From Macrostomum lignano (taxonomy: Eukaryota), in assembly GCA_002269645.1 (NCBI GenBank), contig NIVC01003573.1, positions 26,544 to 90,543 of the forward strand: 64,000 bases of DNA, written 5' to 3'. Under the pieces are notes generated by a model. That model had not been told where the DNA came from. It saw only the letters and a program-made list of their open reading frames with translations, and did no database searches. Made by a program: the position numbers and the translations under genes. Positions 47,266 through 61,000 of the stretch are shown here, piece after piece. The number at the start of each line of letters is the position of its first letter. Position 1 is the stretch's first letter.

Positions 47266-48632
47266 GACCGGTTTTTCGTCATATTGGATAACACTTTTAA
47301 ATAGTATAGGATTTTCACTCGAGGCAAGTTTTCGCACCAAATTGCATTGAATTTTTTTCCTAGCACTAAGCGCTCGCACAGATACTAAAATAACCAGGTG
47401 GGCCACTCAGGCATATATACTTAGCAAAACAGCTTTCTACTTTCAGTTCAGTAGCAAAGAAGAATTACATAGGCTATTTTATAAAGTAAAGACAGCTGAA
47501 ATGACTTTGATAAGTTTAGAAGCCCAAGCTTGCAGGCGTAAACAACTTGCTAATTGGTTCAGCAGTAATGTACATTGGCCAGTCCACTGAAATGTACATG
47601 GCAGCTTTAGGCTGGAATTCCGAGAAAGGCAATAAAAATTGGGGCGGGGCGGGGGGGGGGGTAGTGGGAAAGGCGCGGTTGGCGGGTTGGGTAAGAGCCA
47701 ATGAATGCCTTGGCTTTAAAAATACATTAAAATTCTTCTTACTACTGAACTGAAAGTAGCTTACACGCAAAGCTGAGTGGCCCATCTAGTTATTCTAGTA
47801 TCTGTGACCGCTCGTATATCTATCGTTAAATTAGTGCTAGAAAAATATAAATTCTTAGTGAAATTGTACATGATTTCCAAGTATGCAATTCTAGCTCTAC
47901 ATGTACTTTTATAGTTTTCAATGTACTCTATTGTGCAGAATCTCGTCAACATGATAAAAAATAAATTTACCACTCAATATATATAAAAAATATCCTTCGC
48001 TTTTCATCGGGATTTATAAACGAAACTAAATATCGCCTAAAAATTTTTGTTTAAATAAATTGGCGTGTTTAACACCGAGATTAATAATGACATTTATAAT
48101 GACATTTTGTATTTCTGAATCTAATTTTGTACATGTGTTCTTAAACTAATAAAAATATTAGAAACTAATTTAAGATTTTGATTAACAATAGGAACTATCC
48201 TGATGCGCATTCTATTGTTTTCAAAAACCTATAGGGTCGTTCTATTAATCACGCCACACTTTCTCTCTTGGTAAAGCCGTTCGTGTTTTATGTGTCCGTG
48301 CGCGATCAGACCTTTTTCTCTTCTATCGTCTACCATTTTCTGGGCTTCTTTCCTTATAAGGATCTTTAAAGGGACTTTATTAACCTTTCTTTTTTCATTT
48401 TCATGAACCTCAGCCCTTTAACAGCTTTGACAGCCAAGCTCCTGAGCTGTTTAATCATTTTAACAAAATCGGTCTCAACTACGATATTTCAAAGTTCTGG
48501 CAACTTTTTACTGTAGACTATGGTTCACTAAGTAAAAGTGTTACTCAAGCTCGACAGATGATAGGAAATCAACTTTTGTCGCCTCTTGGACGTTGATATC
48601 CATTAGCCTTAGGAGATAGAGGTAAGAATGCG

Positions 48633-51600
48633 AAGAAACAGGGGCGCCCACAAAGAGAAAGGGGCGCCCATAAAGAGACAGGGGCACCCATAAAGAGACA
48701 GGGGCGCCCACAAAGAGAAAGGGGCGCCCATAAAGAGACAGGGGCGCCCGCAAAGAGACAGGGGCGCCCACAAAGAGAAAGGGGCGCCCACAAAGAGACA
48801 GGGGCGCCTACAAAGAGACAGGGGCGCCCACAAAGAGACAGGGGCGCCCGCAAAGAGACAGGGGCGCCCACAAAGAGACAGGGGCACCCATAAAGAGACA
48901 GGGGCGCCCACAAAGAGAAAGGGGCGCCCATAAAGAGACAGGGGCACCCATAAAGAGACAGGGGCGCCCACAAAGAGACAGGGGCGCCCACAAAGAGACA
49001 GGGGCGCCCACAAAGAGACAGGGGCGCCCACAAAGAGACAGGGGCGCCCGCAAAGAGACAGGAGCGCCCACAAAGAGACAGGGGCACCCATAAAGAGACA
49101 GGGGCGCCCGCAAAGAGACAGGGGCGCCCACAAAGAGAAAGGGGCGCCCGCAAAGAGACAGGGGCGCCCGCAAAGAGACAGGGGCGCCCACAAAGAGAAA
49201 GGGGCGCCCACAAAGAGACAGGGGCGCCCACAAAGAGACAGGGGCGCCCACAAAGAGACAGGGGCGCCCGCAAAGAGACAGGGGCGCCCACAAAGAGACA
49301 GGGGCGCCCGCAAAGAGACAGGGGCGCCCGCAAAGAGACAGGGGCGCCCACAAAGAGACAGGGGCGCCCACAAACAGAGGGGCGCCCACAAAGAGAAAGG
49401 GGCGCCCACAAAGAGACAGGAGCACCCATAAAGAGACAGGGGCGCCCGCAAAGAGACAGGGGCGCCCACAGAGAGACAGGGGCGCCCACAAAGAGACAGG
49501 GGCGCCCACAAAGAGACAGGGGCGCCCATAAAGAGACAGGGGCACCCATAAAGAGACAGGGGCGCCCGCAAAGAGAAAGGGGCGCCCACAAAGAGAAAGG
49601 GGCGCCCACAAAGAGACAGGGGCGCCCACAAAGAGACAGGGGCGCCCACAAAGAGACAGGGGCGCCCGCAAAGAGACAGGGGCGCCCACAAAGAGAAAGG
49701 GGCGCCCACAAAGAGACAGGGGCGCCCACAAAGAGACAGGGGCGCCCACAAAGAGACAGGGGCGCCCGCAAAGAGACAGGGGCGCCCACAAAGAGACAGG
49801 GGCACCCATAAAGAGACAGGGGCGCCCGCAAAGAGACAGGGGCGCCCACAAAGAGACAGGGGCGCCCACAAACAGAGGGGCGCCCACAAAGAGACAGGGG
49901 CGCCCACAAAAAGAGGGGCGCCCACAAAGAGAAAGGGGCGCCCACAAAGAGACAGGAGCACCCATAAAGAGACAGGGGCGCCCACAAAGAGAAAGGGGCG
50001 CCCATAAAGAGACAGGGGCACCCATAAAGAGACAGGGGCGCCCGCAAAGAGACAGGGGCGCCCACAAAGAGACAGGGGCGCCCACAAAGAGAAAGGGGCG
50101 CCCACAAAGAGACAGGGGCGCCCACAAAGAGACAGGGGCGCCCATAAAGAGACAGGGGCACCCATAAAGAGACAGGGGCGCCCGCAAAGAGACAGGGGCG
50201 CCCACAAAGAGAAAGGGGCGCCCACAAAGAGACAGGGGCGCCCACAAAGAGACAGGGGCGCCCACAAAAAGAGGGGCGCCCACAAAGAGAAAGGGGCGCC
50301 CACAAAGAGAAAGGGGCGCCCACAAAGAGAAAGGGGCGCCCACAAAGAGACAGGGGCGCCCACAAAGAGACAGGGGCGCCCGCAAAGAGACAGGGGCGCC
50401 CACAAAGAGACAGGGGCGCCCGCAAAGAGACAGGGGCGCCCGCAAAGAGACAGGGGCGCCCACAAAGAGAAAGGGGCGCCCACAAAGAGACAGGGGCGCC
50501 CACAAAGAGACAGGGGCGCCCACAAAGAGACAGGGGCGCCCGCAAAGAGACAGGGGCGCCCACAAAGAGACAGGGGCACCCATAAAGAGACAGGGGCGCC
50601 CGCAAAGAGACAGGGGCGCCCACAAAGAGACAGGGGCGCCCACAAACAGAGGGGCGCCCACAAAGAGAAAGGGGCGCCCACAAAGAGACAGGAGCACCCA
50701 TAAAGAGACAGGGGCGCCCGCAAAGAGACAGGGGCGCCCACAGAGAGACAGGGGCGCCCACAAAGAGACAGGGGCGCCCACAAAGAGAAAGGGGCGCCCA
50801 TAAAGAGACAGGGGCACCCATAAAGAGACAGGGGCGCCCGCAAAGAGAAAGGGGCGCCCACAAAGAGAAAGGGGCGCCCACAAAGAGACAGGGGCGCCCA
50901 CAAAGAGACAGGGGCGCCCACAAAGAGACAGGGGCGCCCGCAAAGAGACAGGGGCGCCCACAAAGAGAAAGGGGCGCCCACAAAGAGACAGGGGCGCCCA
51001 CAAAGAGACAGGGGCGCCCACAAAGAGACAGGGGCGCCCGCAAAGAGACAGGGGCGCCCACAAAGAGACAGGGGCACCCATAAAGAGACAGGGGCGCCCG
51101 CAAAGAGACAGGGGCGCCCACAAAGAGACAGGGGCGCCCACAAACAGAGGGGCGCCCACAAAGAGACAGGGGCGCCCACAAAAAGAGGGGCGCCCACAAA
51201 GAGAAAGGGGCGCCCACAAAGAGACAGGAGCACCCATAAAGAGACAGGGGCGCCCACAAAGAGAAAGGGGCGCCCATAAAGAGACAGGGGCACCCATAAA
51301 GAGACAGGGGCGCCCGCAAAGAGACAGGGGCGCCCACAAAGAGACAGGGGCGCCCACAAAGAGAAAGGGGCGCCCACAAAGAGACAGGGGCGCCCACAAA
51401 GAGACAGGGGCGCCCATAAAGAGACAGGGGCACCCATAAAGAGACAGGGGCGCCCGCAAAGAGACAGGGGCGCCCACAAAGAGAAAGGGGCGCCCACAAA
51501 GAGACAGGGGCGCCCACAAAGAGACAGGGGCGCCCACAAAAAGAGGGGCGCCCACAAAGAGAAAGGGGCGCCCACAAAGAGAAAGGGGCGCCCACAAAGA

Positions 51601-52589
51601 GAAAGGGGCGCCCACAAAGAGACAGGAGCACCCATAAAGAGACAGGGGCGCCCGCAAAGAGACAGGGGCGCCCACAGAGAGACAGGGGCGCCCACAAAGA
51701 GACAGGGGCGCCCACAAAGAGACAGGGGCGCCCATAAAGAGACAGGGGCACCCATAAAGAGACAGGGGCGCCCGCAAAGAGAAAGGGGCGCCCACAAAGA
51801 GAAAGGGGCGCCCACAAAGAGACAGGGGCGCCCACAAAGAGACAGGGGCGCCCACAAAGAGACAGGGGCGCCCGCAAAGAGACAGGGGCGCCCACAAAGA
51901 GAAAGGGGCGCCCACAAAGAGACAGGGGCGCCCACAAAGAGACAGGGGCGCCCACAAAGAGACAGGGGCGCCCGCAAAGAGACAGGGGCGCCCACAAAGA
52001 GACAGGGGCACCCATAAAGAGACAGGGGCGCCCGCAAAGAGACAGGGGCGCCCACAAAGAGACAGGGGCGCCCACAAACAGAGGGGCGCCCACAAAGAGA
52101 CAGGGGCGCCCACAAAAAGAGGGGCGCCCACAAAGAGAAAGGGGCGCCCACAAAGAGACAGGAGCACCCATAAAGAGACAGGGGCGCCCACAAAGAGAAA
52201 GGGGCGCCCATAAAGAGACAGGGGCACCCATAAAGAGACAGGGGCGCCCGCAAAGAGACAGGGGCGCCCACAAAGAGACAGGGGCGCCCACAAAGAGAAA
52301 GGGGCGCCCACAAAGAGACAGGGGCGCCCACAAAGAGACAGGGGCGCCCATAAAGAGACAGGGGCACCCATAAAGAGACAGGGGCGCCCGCAAAGAGACA
52401 GGGGCGCCCACAAAGAGAAAGGGGCGCCCACAAAGAGACAGGGGCGCCCACAAAGAGACAGGGGCGCCCACAAAAAGAGGGGCGCCCACAAAGAGAAAGG
52501 GGCGCCCACAAAGAGAAAGGGGCGCCCACAAAGAGAAAGGGGCGCCCACAAAGAGACAGGGGCGCCCACAAAGAGACAGGGGCGCCCAC
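48633..52589 (+). repeat. 20-bp GC-rich satellite (GGGGCGCCCACAAAGAGACA)n, ~200 copies
   Basis: Visible array; source of the three 1250-1350 aa minus-strand pseudo-ORFs. Confidence 0.98.
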
Positions 52590-53973
52590 CAAGACAAAAT
52601 GTTGGCGTCCCTTAGGGTTGCGGCCAACTCCATTTAGAACTTTGATTCGTGACCCATTTTCTATAATGTGATAAAATTTGGTCTATGATAGAGAGAAAAT
52701 AATAAACCCCAAAGATTTCAATAATGCTTTAGCATGAGCGCAAATAGCGCTTTGTTTTTGCTGCTTTCTAACCCGAATAAACATGCGATTGGGTGCTGTA
52801 CGAAATACGAGCTACGTTATAATTTTTGTTTAGTTTTTTTTGGAATTATTAAAAAATTAATTATCATGATCAGAAAATTTATTACAGAGATCAGCGAAAA
52901 TGGTGCATAAACATTCCTGAAGGATTAAGATCTGACAAAGAAATTAAAATTAATTTAAAGCTTCCAGTGGTACAACATTTATACCTAGAGACACTAATAA
53001 CAAATTATTAAAGATGACTGATTTACTTCAGCTGGAGTCGTCTCCAATCTTATCGAACTTCTAAATAATATAGCAACAGAGCATTTTCAAGTTTAACAAA
53101 GCGGGAATTCCATTTACCGTAATGATTGCGCATTATTTTTAAAACTTATGCAACAAAAATAGTCATATATTTGTTTGTATTTGCGAATGTTTCTAAGAAA
53201 ACGTAGTTATGGTTTTTTTCGAATAAAAAATAAAAAAAATCGGCCAATACAATAATTAAAATTTTTGTCTAATTAGGGAATTAAAAAGCCTGAAGGAACA
53301 AAGCCCAGAGCTATTTAATTATTGGCTATTGTGGGATAAACAAAATTGAAACACTTTGATAGACAGAAAAGTTCATGGCGCAGAAGTTGCATTTTTTACC
53401 ATCTTCTTTTTGGGAAGCTTACAAGCCAATGAGATTTAGCATGTGCGAACGTTTGCAGTTTATAAATATTTACGATCTGGGATTTTCTATAAACAAACTT
53501 TTTTTCACTTTTTTGAAGTTGTATAATAAAAAATTACAAATCGAACAAAGCCATTTTTATCATTTCTGTTTCTGGAATAGTTCAGAATGTGTACTTTTGT
53601 TTAGAGCAACAAAAATTATCGCCATAACAACATTAGAGCTTTGCTTTGTTTTCCTGTGAATAAGCTGACCTTGACCTGATCCTTAATTGACCCTCAAGTG
53701 GTGCTCGAGCCGATCAAAGGTCAAGAAATTTCAGTTGTTCCAATCTCTTTTAGTACATTTCTAACTACCGATTTTGTCTATGGGTAAACCCAGCGCTAAA
53801 GCTAGAAGAAAATCTTAGCGAAATCTGTTTAAAAAGACACAACTATATATTGCCGACCATTTAATCATGTCTTGCTTAATACCTGTTTATACAAAGCCCT
53901 CATTCTATACTTTTTTCTATAGCTCATTTTTGAGTTGAGTTAATAATTGTTATTTAAAAAATCGCCCCGCCAG

Positions 53974-54398
53974 CTACCAGGTCCAGCCGCCGCCAGTCTC
54001 GCCCCAGAAGAAATTGTCTCGACGCTGAGTGCCGACCACCGTGTGGCCCTGCATGGCGGCCATCTGGGCGGCGTTCGGCGCGCAGCCCGGCGGCGGCGGC
54101 GGGATGCTGGCCTGGGAGACGCCGCCAAATCTGGCGCCGGGGTCGAAAGCGCCCTGAACTACCACTGTGGTGCTGGTTGATGGCATGGAGTACTGAGGTG
54201 GCTGGGCCGGACCTGCTGGATAGTATGGCTGCTGCGGCTGCTGCTGGTAGTAGTATGGTGGAGGCGGACCAGACTGCTGCATAGGAGGGTACTGTGGCGG
54301 GTATTGTGGCGGGTACTGCGGCGGGTATTGTGGCGGGTACTGCGGCGGGTACTGCTGCTGCTGCTGGTAGGGCGGTGCACTAGCTCCAGATGATTTGT
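53974..54398 (-). CDS. DAZAP2: DAZ-associated protein 2 homolog, terminal coding exon
   Basis: C-terminus VVVQGAFDPGARFG...IPPPPPGCAPNAAQMAAMQGHTVVGTQRRDNFFWGETGGGWTW matches the DAZAP2 family C-terminus as I recall it; acceptor TCTGCAG ends at 54399; first exon not located. Confidence 0.85.
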
Positions 54399-56202
54399 CT
54401 GCAGATTGGATTTGATGAATTGATGAGAGGGTTAGTTTATTTTAACAATAAGTATGCATATCTTACTCAAATTTTAATACTATGCATATACTTATTACAC
54501 TATTTTTAGCATTATTTATTTGTCACCTAGTACTAAAAACAAAGTCAATCAGGGGGCCCTTTCTTGCCTCCCACCCTTGGCCTTAGCCATGACCAAAAAA
54601 ATTGCGCCATAGGCCATACTTTTTGGTCTATAACTATGCAAGGCATAGTTTCCAATATTGGGTTGTAGTGCTTAGTATAGCTTGCCCCTTCCTCCAATAT
54701 TTTCTGGAATTGCCTTTGAAGTTGCTTATATTAGACTTTTATTTGAAAACAACAAAAATATAAACATTTAAACAAATAAACAATAGGCTTACTAGTGGAA
54801 CTAATTTAGTTCAATGATCTATGAAGCTGAACTCGAAATTTTGCCACTTTATTTCGAAATTTCATTAAAAATGATATATTTTCTTTGAATAAAATATAGA
54901 AAAATAAATATTTTTTACATAGATATAATACTAATATGGATAAAAGGGGTAAGATGACTATACTGTGACTATAAAGAAAATAAAACAACCTTTCCGATCC
55001 TATCTTTAAAAAGAACAGAAAAGGAGATTCATTTTATTAATATCAATAGTTTTCAATACTTTAATACTATGTACTACTATATACTATACTGTTTTTCTTG
55101 TCTTTTTAAAACCCATTCGACTGTTTTAAGGAAAAACATCTAAGCGCAGCACATGTGATTTTTACAATTGAATTTGAATTGAATTGAATATTATACGATC
55201 TGAGCCTTATTTACGAAGCTTCGCGTTTTGCAATAGGCCCCTGGCCCTATTACCGATATAGGCAAAACTGTTTAAAATGTAATATTACAACAACAAAGCA
55301 GCGTACCTTTATGCATTCTAGTAAACTTCTAGAAATCGGAAACAATAACTTGTCGTGCACAAGTAAATCTGCACTGCACCCACGACGGCTCGACTCTCTA
55401 ACTCTGAATTTCTAAGGTATGTAATCGATCAGTAATCTGAGTTGAGTAAGTATGAAAATCAGTCGTAAATAAAAGTTAAAAAGGTACGGTATCATTTGAC
55501 GCATTGCTTGGAAAAACAAAATCAGCAGACAGACAGTACGAGAAAGAAAAAGAGATAGTTTTAAAAAGGTTTATGAAGGAAAAAAATGAACTATCAGTTA
55601 CATTTTTTAAAATTTGTATCTGAAGCTTTTGTGTCATATTTTTATATCATGTGCTTTTTACTATTTTCGGAACACCAATTTGTCACTTCATGTCAAAGTA
55701 GAATACGCAGCTATATAATGGACAGTAGGAGCACTAAATTTTTTGCAGAAACTTCTAAAAACCAACAAAGTAAAAATGCTTTAAGATTATTTTAAAATTT
55801 GTCGGTGTGATTTTTGCATATACTGCAATTTTTGCAAGTCCCTAAGACAAGAAATTAAGTAAAGTTTACATAAAACAAAGATGTAACGACAACCAAAACA
55901 TTATTTTAGTTCTTAGGGGTTTTATTTATTTTCAGTATCATAACGGAGAAAATCTTTATCGATCTATGCAAGGGTTGCATCAAGGACGACATGGTCAGTA
56001 ATTAATTAATATACTTTAAAGTACATGTAGTCCGTCGATCGTTGCATTCGCATTCGCCTCTCCAAGATCTCATCTGTTAGCTGATATCTCATGGAAAGTG
56101 AACCTGCAGTCTATGTGTTGAGTGTGCTGCACCTGCTCTAATGTACGCCAGTTTGCAAAACATGTACATGCTGTATTACCATATGCAGTACGTACAGCTA
56201 AT

Positions 56203-56283
56203 CCCGTACGGAAATTCGACGTCGGCGGACGTCTGACCGACGTCAGTTGCCGATCGCTGACCGACGTCGAATTTCCGTACGGG
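56203..56283. mobile_element. 81-bp MITE with perfect 23-bp TIRs
   Basis: CCCGTACGGAAATTCGACGTCGG ... CCGACGTCGAATTTCCGTACGGG flanked by AAT on both sides. Confidence 0.8.
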
Positions 56284-58065
56284 AATGTGTATTGAATTTT
56301 TCAATTAATACAGGCAGATCAAGAATTTTTTTATCATCAGTCGACCCAGCCCCAGATCAGCATACTCCCAAACTTTTTATCGCGAATTGATACGCAACAT
56401 GTCAAAAATACTGCAAATGCACATGTAAATGTGTATAGTCAAAAGTATAGCTACGTGTATAGTAGGAAACATGAGACCTTTATTTGAATATTTAATGAAT
56501 ATTTATAAAATAATAAGCATCCGCATGTTCTATTAAATAAGCGTGCATTATGCACAGGGTACACTTGTACAGTACATATGACGTAATTCCAAGTAATATC
56601 GTAGCTAGTTGGCAGTTTATTTCTTTTGCATTTTTACGCTACAATAAACGGCGTTTATAATAAGATTCAATTTACGTGTAAATGAAGTAAATTAGTTACT
56701 TTTCCGATAATAAAAAATATACACTCAGCAACATGTTAAGTTTTCACCCCAAAACCAGTGGTCAACTTTCCTCAGATCTCAGCCCCAAGTAACGCAATTC
56801 ACACCATGTCTGCTGGCTTGTATGGACTGATTACGCAATCAGGCTAATATGAAGAAAAAGAAACTGATATTAGTGTATTGTCAATGATAATACTAAGAAG
56901 TAATTAATTAATTCTTGAATTAATTCGAGCAACTGCTCAAATCGCCATCCCGGCTTCAAGCATGCCAATATAGCACGCTATCGCTCCGTTTTTGTCATTT
57001 GTCAGACCATTACGAATTCATGAGGATTAAAACCGGAGAGTAGCATGCAGCTAATTTAATCCAACAAAAAATTGCTTCACCCACAGTGAGACGAGGGAAA
57101 CGCTGGCGCGGTGTGACATCAAGTTTCATTTTTTAGAGAAAAGACACGTATAAAAAGTCGAGCTGAAACCTCTTTCAATAACTTTCCATCTTATACAAGT
57201 CGCTAAAATACAAAACTCGAGTGCATCAACATTTTACACATGTACATGTATAGATATGCATAGGAGGAATAACAAATACAAGCAGGTTGCACCACACAGT
57301 GCTCAAGACGTATAGCATGTACACCTGCAGTTAAAACGGCGAAAATTGCATTTGTATAAAAAATTGATGACGATAGAAAAATACAATGTACATACCTGCA
57401 GAAAGATACATGTACAATGGAATGCTTACGAAAGTTGTGAATCGCATGCAGTTATAAGTAACAGCACAGTATATAGCTACAATATAAGAACTTGTTCAGC
57501 ACCTTAACTTGACCTGTTTTCAGAGATAGCTTCTTTTAATATTCTACTTTGGACATCGATTTTAATTGACCAGAGGGAGGTACCGAATTTCGACAAAAAA
57601 TCTTTAGTTTTAATCGATTCGAACGTCTCAGTAGGACTCGATGTCATGTTTCTTGGATTCGAAAGTTTTTTCCAATGAGCTTTTACTTTTAATAGTGCGA
57701 ATCAATTTTAAGTTGTATGTACGACAATTAGGATAAATAGGGTAAATGTTAGGTCTTAGGTAGTAAAACAACATACATTGTTCTGACAAAATACTATCAA
57801 ATGAGAAACGAAATTTTTGCACCCGAATAGATTTTTAAAAGCGATTTTCAATAGTCTTTTTTATAATTTTTTTATTAAAGCGCATCTGCTTCTTCGTCGG
57901 GATCATGTACACTCCGGCCGAATACTTGCTCCGAGGTTGTCAGATCTGGTGGAAGGTCTGCTGCGCCCTCCTGCTGAATAGCCACTAGTTGTTCGGGTGG
58001 CCTGAAGGAAGTTAGGATTGCAGTTCACAATATAACATCAGTGGCAGATAGACACTGAACACAAG

Positions 58066-61000
58066 TCATTTTTTTCGCAACTTACAGAAAGTCTTGGAAA
58101 GAGTTAGTTGGAGTTGATGATCCGGACTGATCTTCGCAGGATACTCGAAATCGCCCATTTCCAATCCGAGCATCCTCGGTGGTGGCTCATACAGCGACGA
58201 AGAATCGGCCTCTTCGCTCTCTTGGCCGTCATTCTGGTTGTTACCGGCTTCTATTTCGATTGGATTGCCATCGTAGAGTGTCTCGTAGGACGAGTCTAAT
58301 CTCAGATTGATCGATTTTGATCGTCCCAAGCTGCTAGATGTGAAGCGCAGTTCAGGTTCCGCTTCCATGCTAAGCGATTCGGATCTCGGTCTTCGGACGA
58401 CGATAGTTGGTGGCGTAGAATTTGTAGGTGTAGTAGAAATCGATTTCTTCTCGAGGCGATTCGGCTTCTGTTCTTCTCGCTCGATGGCGTCCTTCTTGAT
58501 GCCAGGTCTCTCAGCAAGCGCAGTAGGATTTGCTCTGCCACGGGAAGTCGCAACTGGTGCTGCAGCGTCAGTTTGATGTTGAACCGGGCGGACTTCGCTG
58601 AACTCGCTATCCGACTCGATGCTGGTTGATTCAGCTAAGCTGTCTCCTTCATTCTCATTCAATGCTTTTTTACGCGCTTGTCGACGGGCCTCGTCTATCA
58701 AGGCGTGATGTATTTTAGCGTCTTCTGCTCTTCTGCGCTGAACATCTTCGCTATCATCGCTGTCTCCGCGTTTTGGGGGCTTGCCCGCATTCTGGCTCGA
58801 CGTTCGCCGACGCTTTTTCACAGGTGAGACTGAGCGAATCGGCTGGTTTGGTTGTTTTTTGACGCTGACATCCCGGGCAGGTCGCATAACCGGAAGAGGT
58901 GGTCGACGTGGAGATTCCGCAGTTGGGTCCCGTCTTCTAGAAGTAGCAGTTGTCTTTTCCTGACCTTCCGAGTCAGAAGATCCTGGATGTTGCTCAGCTA
59001 GACCCTTCTCTTTTGAGGAACGCAGTGCAAGAATCAGCTGGCGCCGTGAGGGAGTTCCGTACACATCTTCGTTGTCTGAGCCGGAAGAAAATTCCTTAGG
59101 TTGCTTGCTTGAACCAGAAACCGCTCCGCCTTGTGCGCTTGCCCGAACTGGAGTCTGTGTCGGGGCGATAGATGAACTGCCACCTTGAACTGACTCATTT
59201 TGATTTTTAGCCACCGTGCTATCTCTCGGTACCTGTTTTTTGTGAGACTGTCGGACCGTTCGCCGGACGTTTGGCTCGGCCCCGTCATTTGACATTGCCA
59301 AAACCGAGGGCAAACTTTTGGATGATGCCAATCTGTTGCGCCAGTCTTTGATTGAAATTTTAACTGTGGATCGTTCAGAAGTCGAAGTGGTGCTAGTTGA
59401 ATCGCTAGCGGAGTTGTTTCGCTGTCTGTCGAAATCAGCTTCGTGCAGACTGGATTGCTGCAGAACCATTGAGTCGATTGTTGTGTGAGATTGATTGCTG
59501 GCTCTTCTGCTACTGAGCAGGGCAATGGATGGCAGGCTCTTAGCTATTTCACGTTTGCGCCTTTCAGAGACCACAATGGTTAACTCTTTCTCCTCCTCGG
59601 GATCCTGAGCCTTGGCTAGCATTCGTTCGGAGATAACCTCTGATTCTGAGCTGCTGCGATGCCTCAGAGCCAAACTGTCACCAAGCAGTGTTTGATGGTC
59701 CAAGGAGTCAAACTTCTGAGATGCACTCTTCGATACAAGGCTATTGAATTCTTGGAGCTGTCGGTCGACATCTGAACTGAGGCTTGACTCGTCAGACTTT
59801 AGAAGTCTCAGATCGGGCACAGAACGCGCGCCCCTGACCCCACTTCTAGGACTTGTCTGAACACTTGACATTATCGAATCCTCATTACTGTATTCATCAA
59901 CCTCATTTCCATGTCCACTGCTCTTGGTTGCTTTTGTTTCTATGTTTTCAGCTGCCGTTATCGTTGAGTCACTTTCTTGATCAGAGTCATTGGAGAATGA
60001 TTTTTTGTTTAACCGATCATTTGCCTGGGACTCGTTTGAGACGCTGCGACGCTTCTTCGGGTCTTCTGATCTTCGTTTCGTCGACACAATTTCAAGGTTT
60101 TCTGACGATTGTGATAAGGAATCTTTTGAGTCGTCACTTTGATATTCTTTTCCACGCTTATCAGTGAGATCTTTCAGAGGTGTTATCTTAGAACTGCTAG
60201 TAGACCTTGTTTTGCGATCAGTTTCCTGTTTTAACATCTCCGTTGCTTCTTGTTCCCACATATTTCCGTCGCGTCTCTGCTCTAATGACTCAGATGACTC
60301 CGAACTAGACCGCTCTTCTTGTCGATAATTTTCCAATAGGCTTGCTGCTGCTCGAACTTCCTCTGGCGTTTCACCTCCTGTGATTGACGAACGATCTGGT
60401 GAGCTCTGTTGTGCCTCAAGACGTTTTGGTTTCGCATATTTGTTAATGGAAGTGTCCGACAGTTCATTGGCTGATGATTCGTTACGCTCGTCAAGTTTTT
60501 TAGTCTTCCCTCGAGTTTCTTCCTTCAAAGCTAATTCGGATGATTCAGTAGGTGAATTTGACATTTCACGCTGTCTGGGCTTCATCTCACTGCTCTCAGT
60601 GGCTTCCGACGTTTCAGACATGGATGAGGTTCTAAATTGTTTTTGAAACCTGCTCGGTCGTTTTTCCTTGATTTTTTCATTTGAATCTGATGAACTTGAC
60701 CGAGAATCGACCTTTTGAAGGTTTTGGTTCAACCTTAGAACTTCCTCATCATCTGAAGACTCGGCGATTTGTCTGTCCTTTGCTGTTTTAGACGGTTTGA
60801 ACACTTGCTTTCTTGATTCTTTCAGTTGGATTTCTACTTTTTCGACAGTTTCCTCGGATACAGTTGAAGAATCAGAGTGAGATCTTGCCCGAGTGCTTTC
60901 ATTCGGTCCCAAAGCGGCTCCTTGCTTTCTGAGTTTTACGTTAGGGTCCTCAATTGTTTTAGATGCTTTTTTGTCTTCATTTACTTGCTCGGAGGCTTCT

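Noticed and set aside
47640-47692. G-quadruplex-forming G-run cluster
   Set aside because: Plausible, but such runs are common here and no functional context is visible.
48569-52633. Three 1250-1350 aa ORFs
   Set aside because: All three minus frames are open because of the 20-bp satellite; no coding signal.
57870-58005. Terminal exon for the giant ORF
   Set aside because: The best acceptor joined to the phase-1 donor gives a stop after five codons, while the longer open frame needs another phase; unresolved without RNA data.
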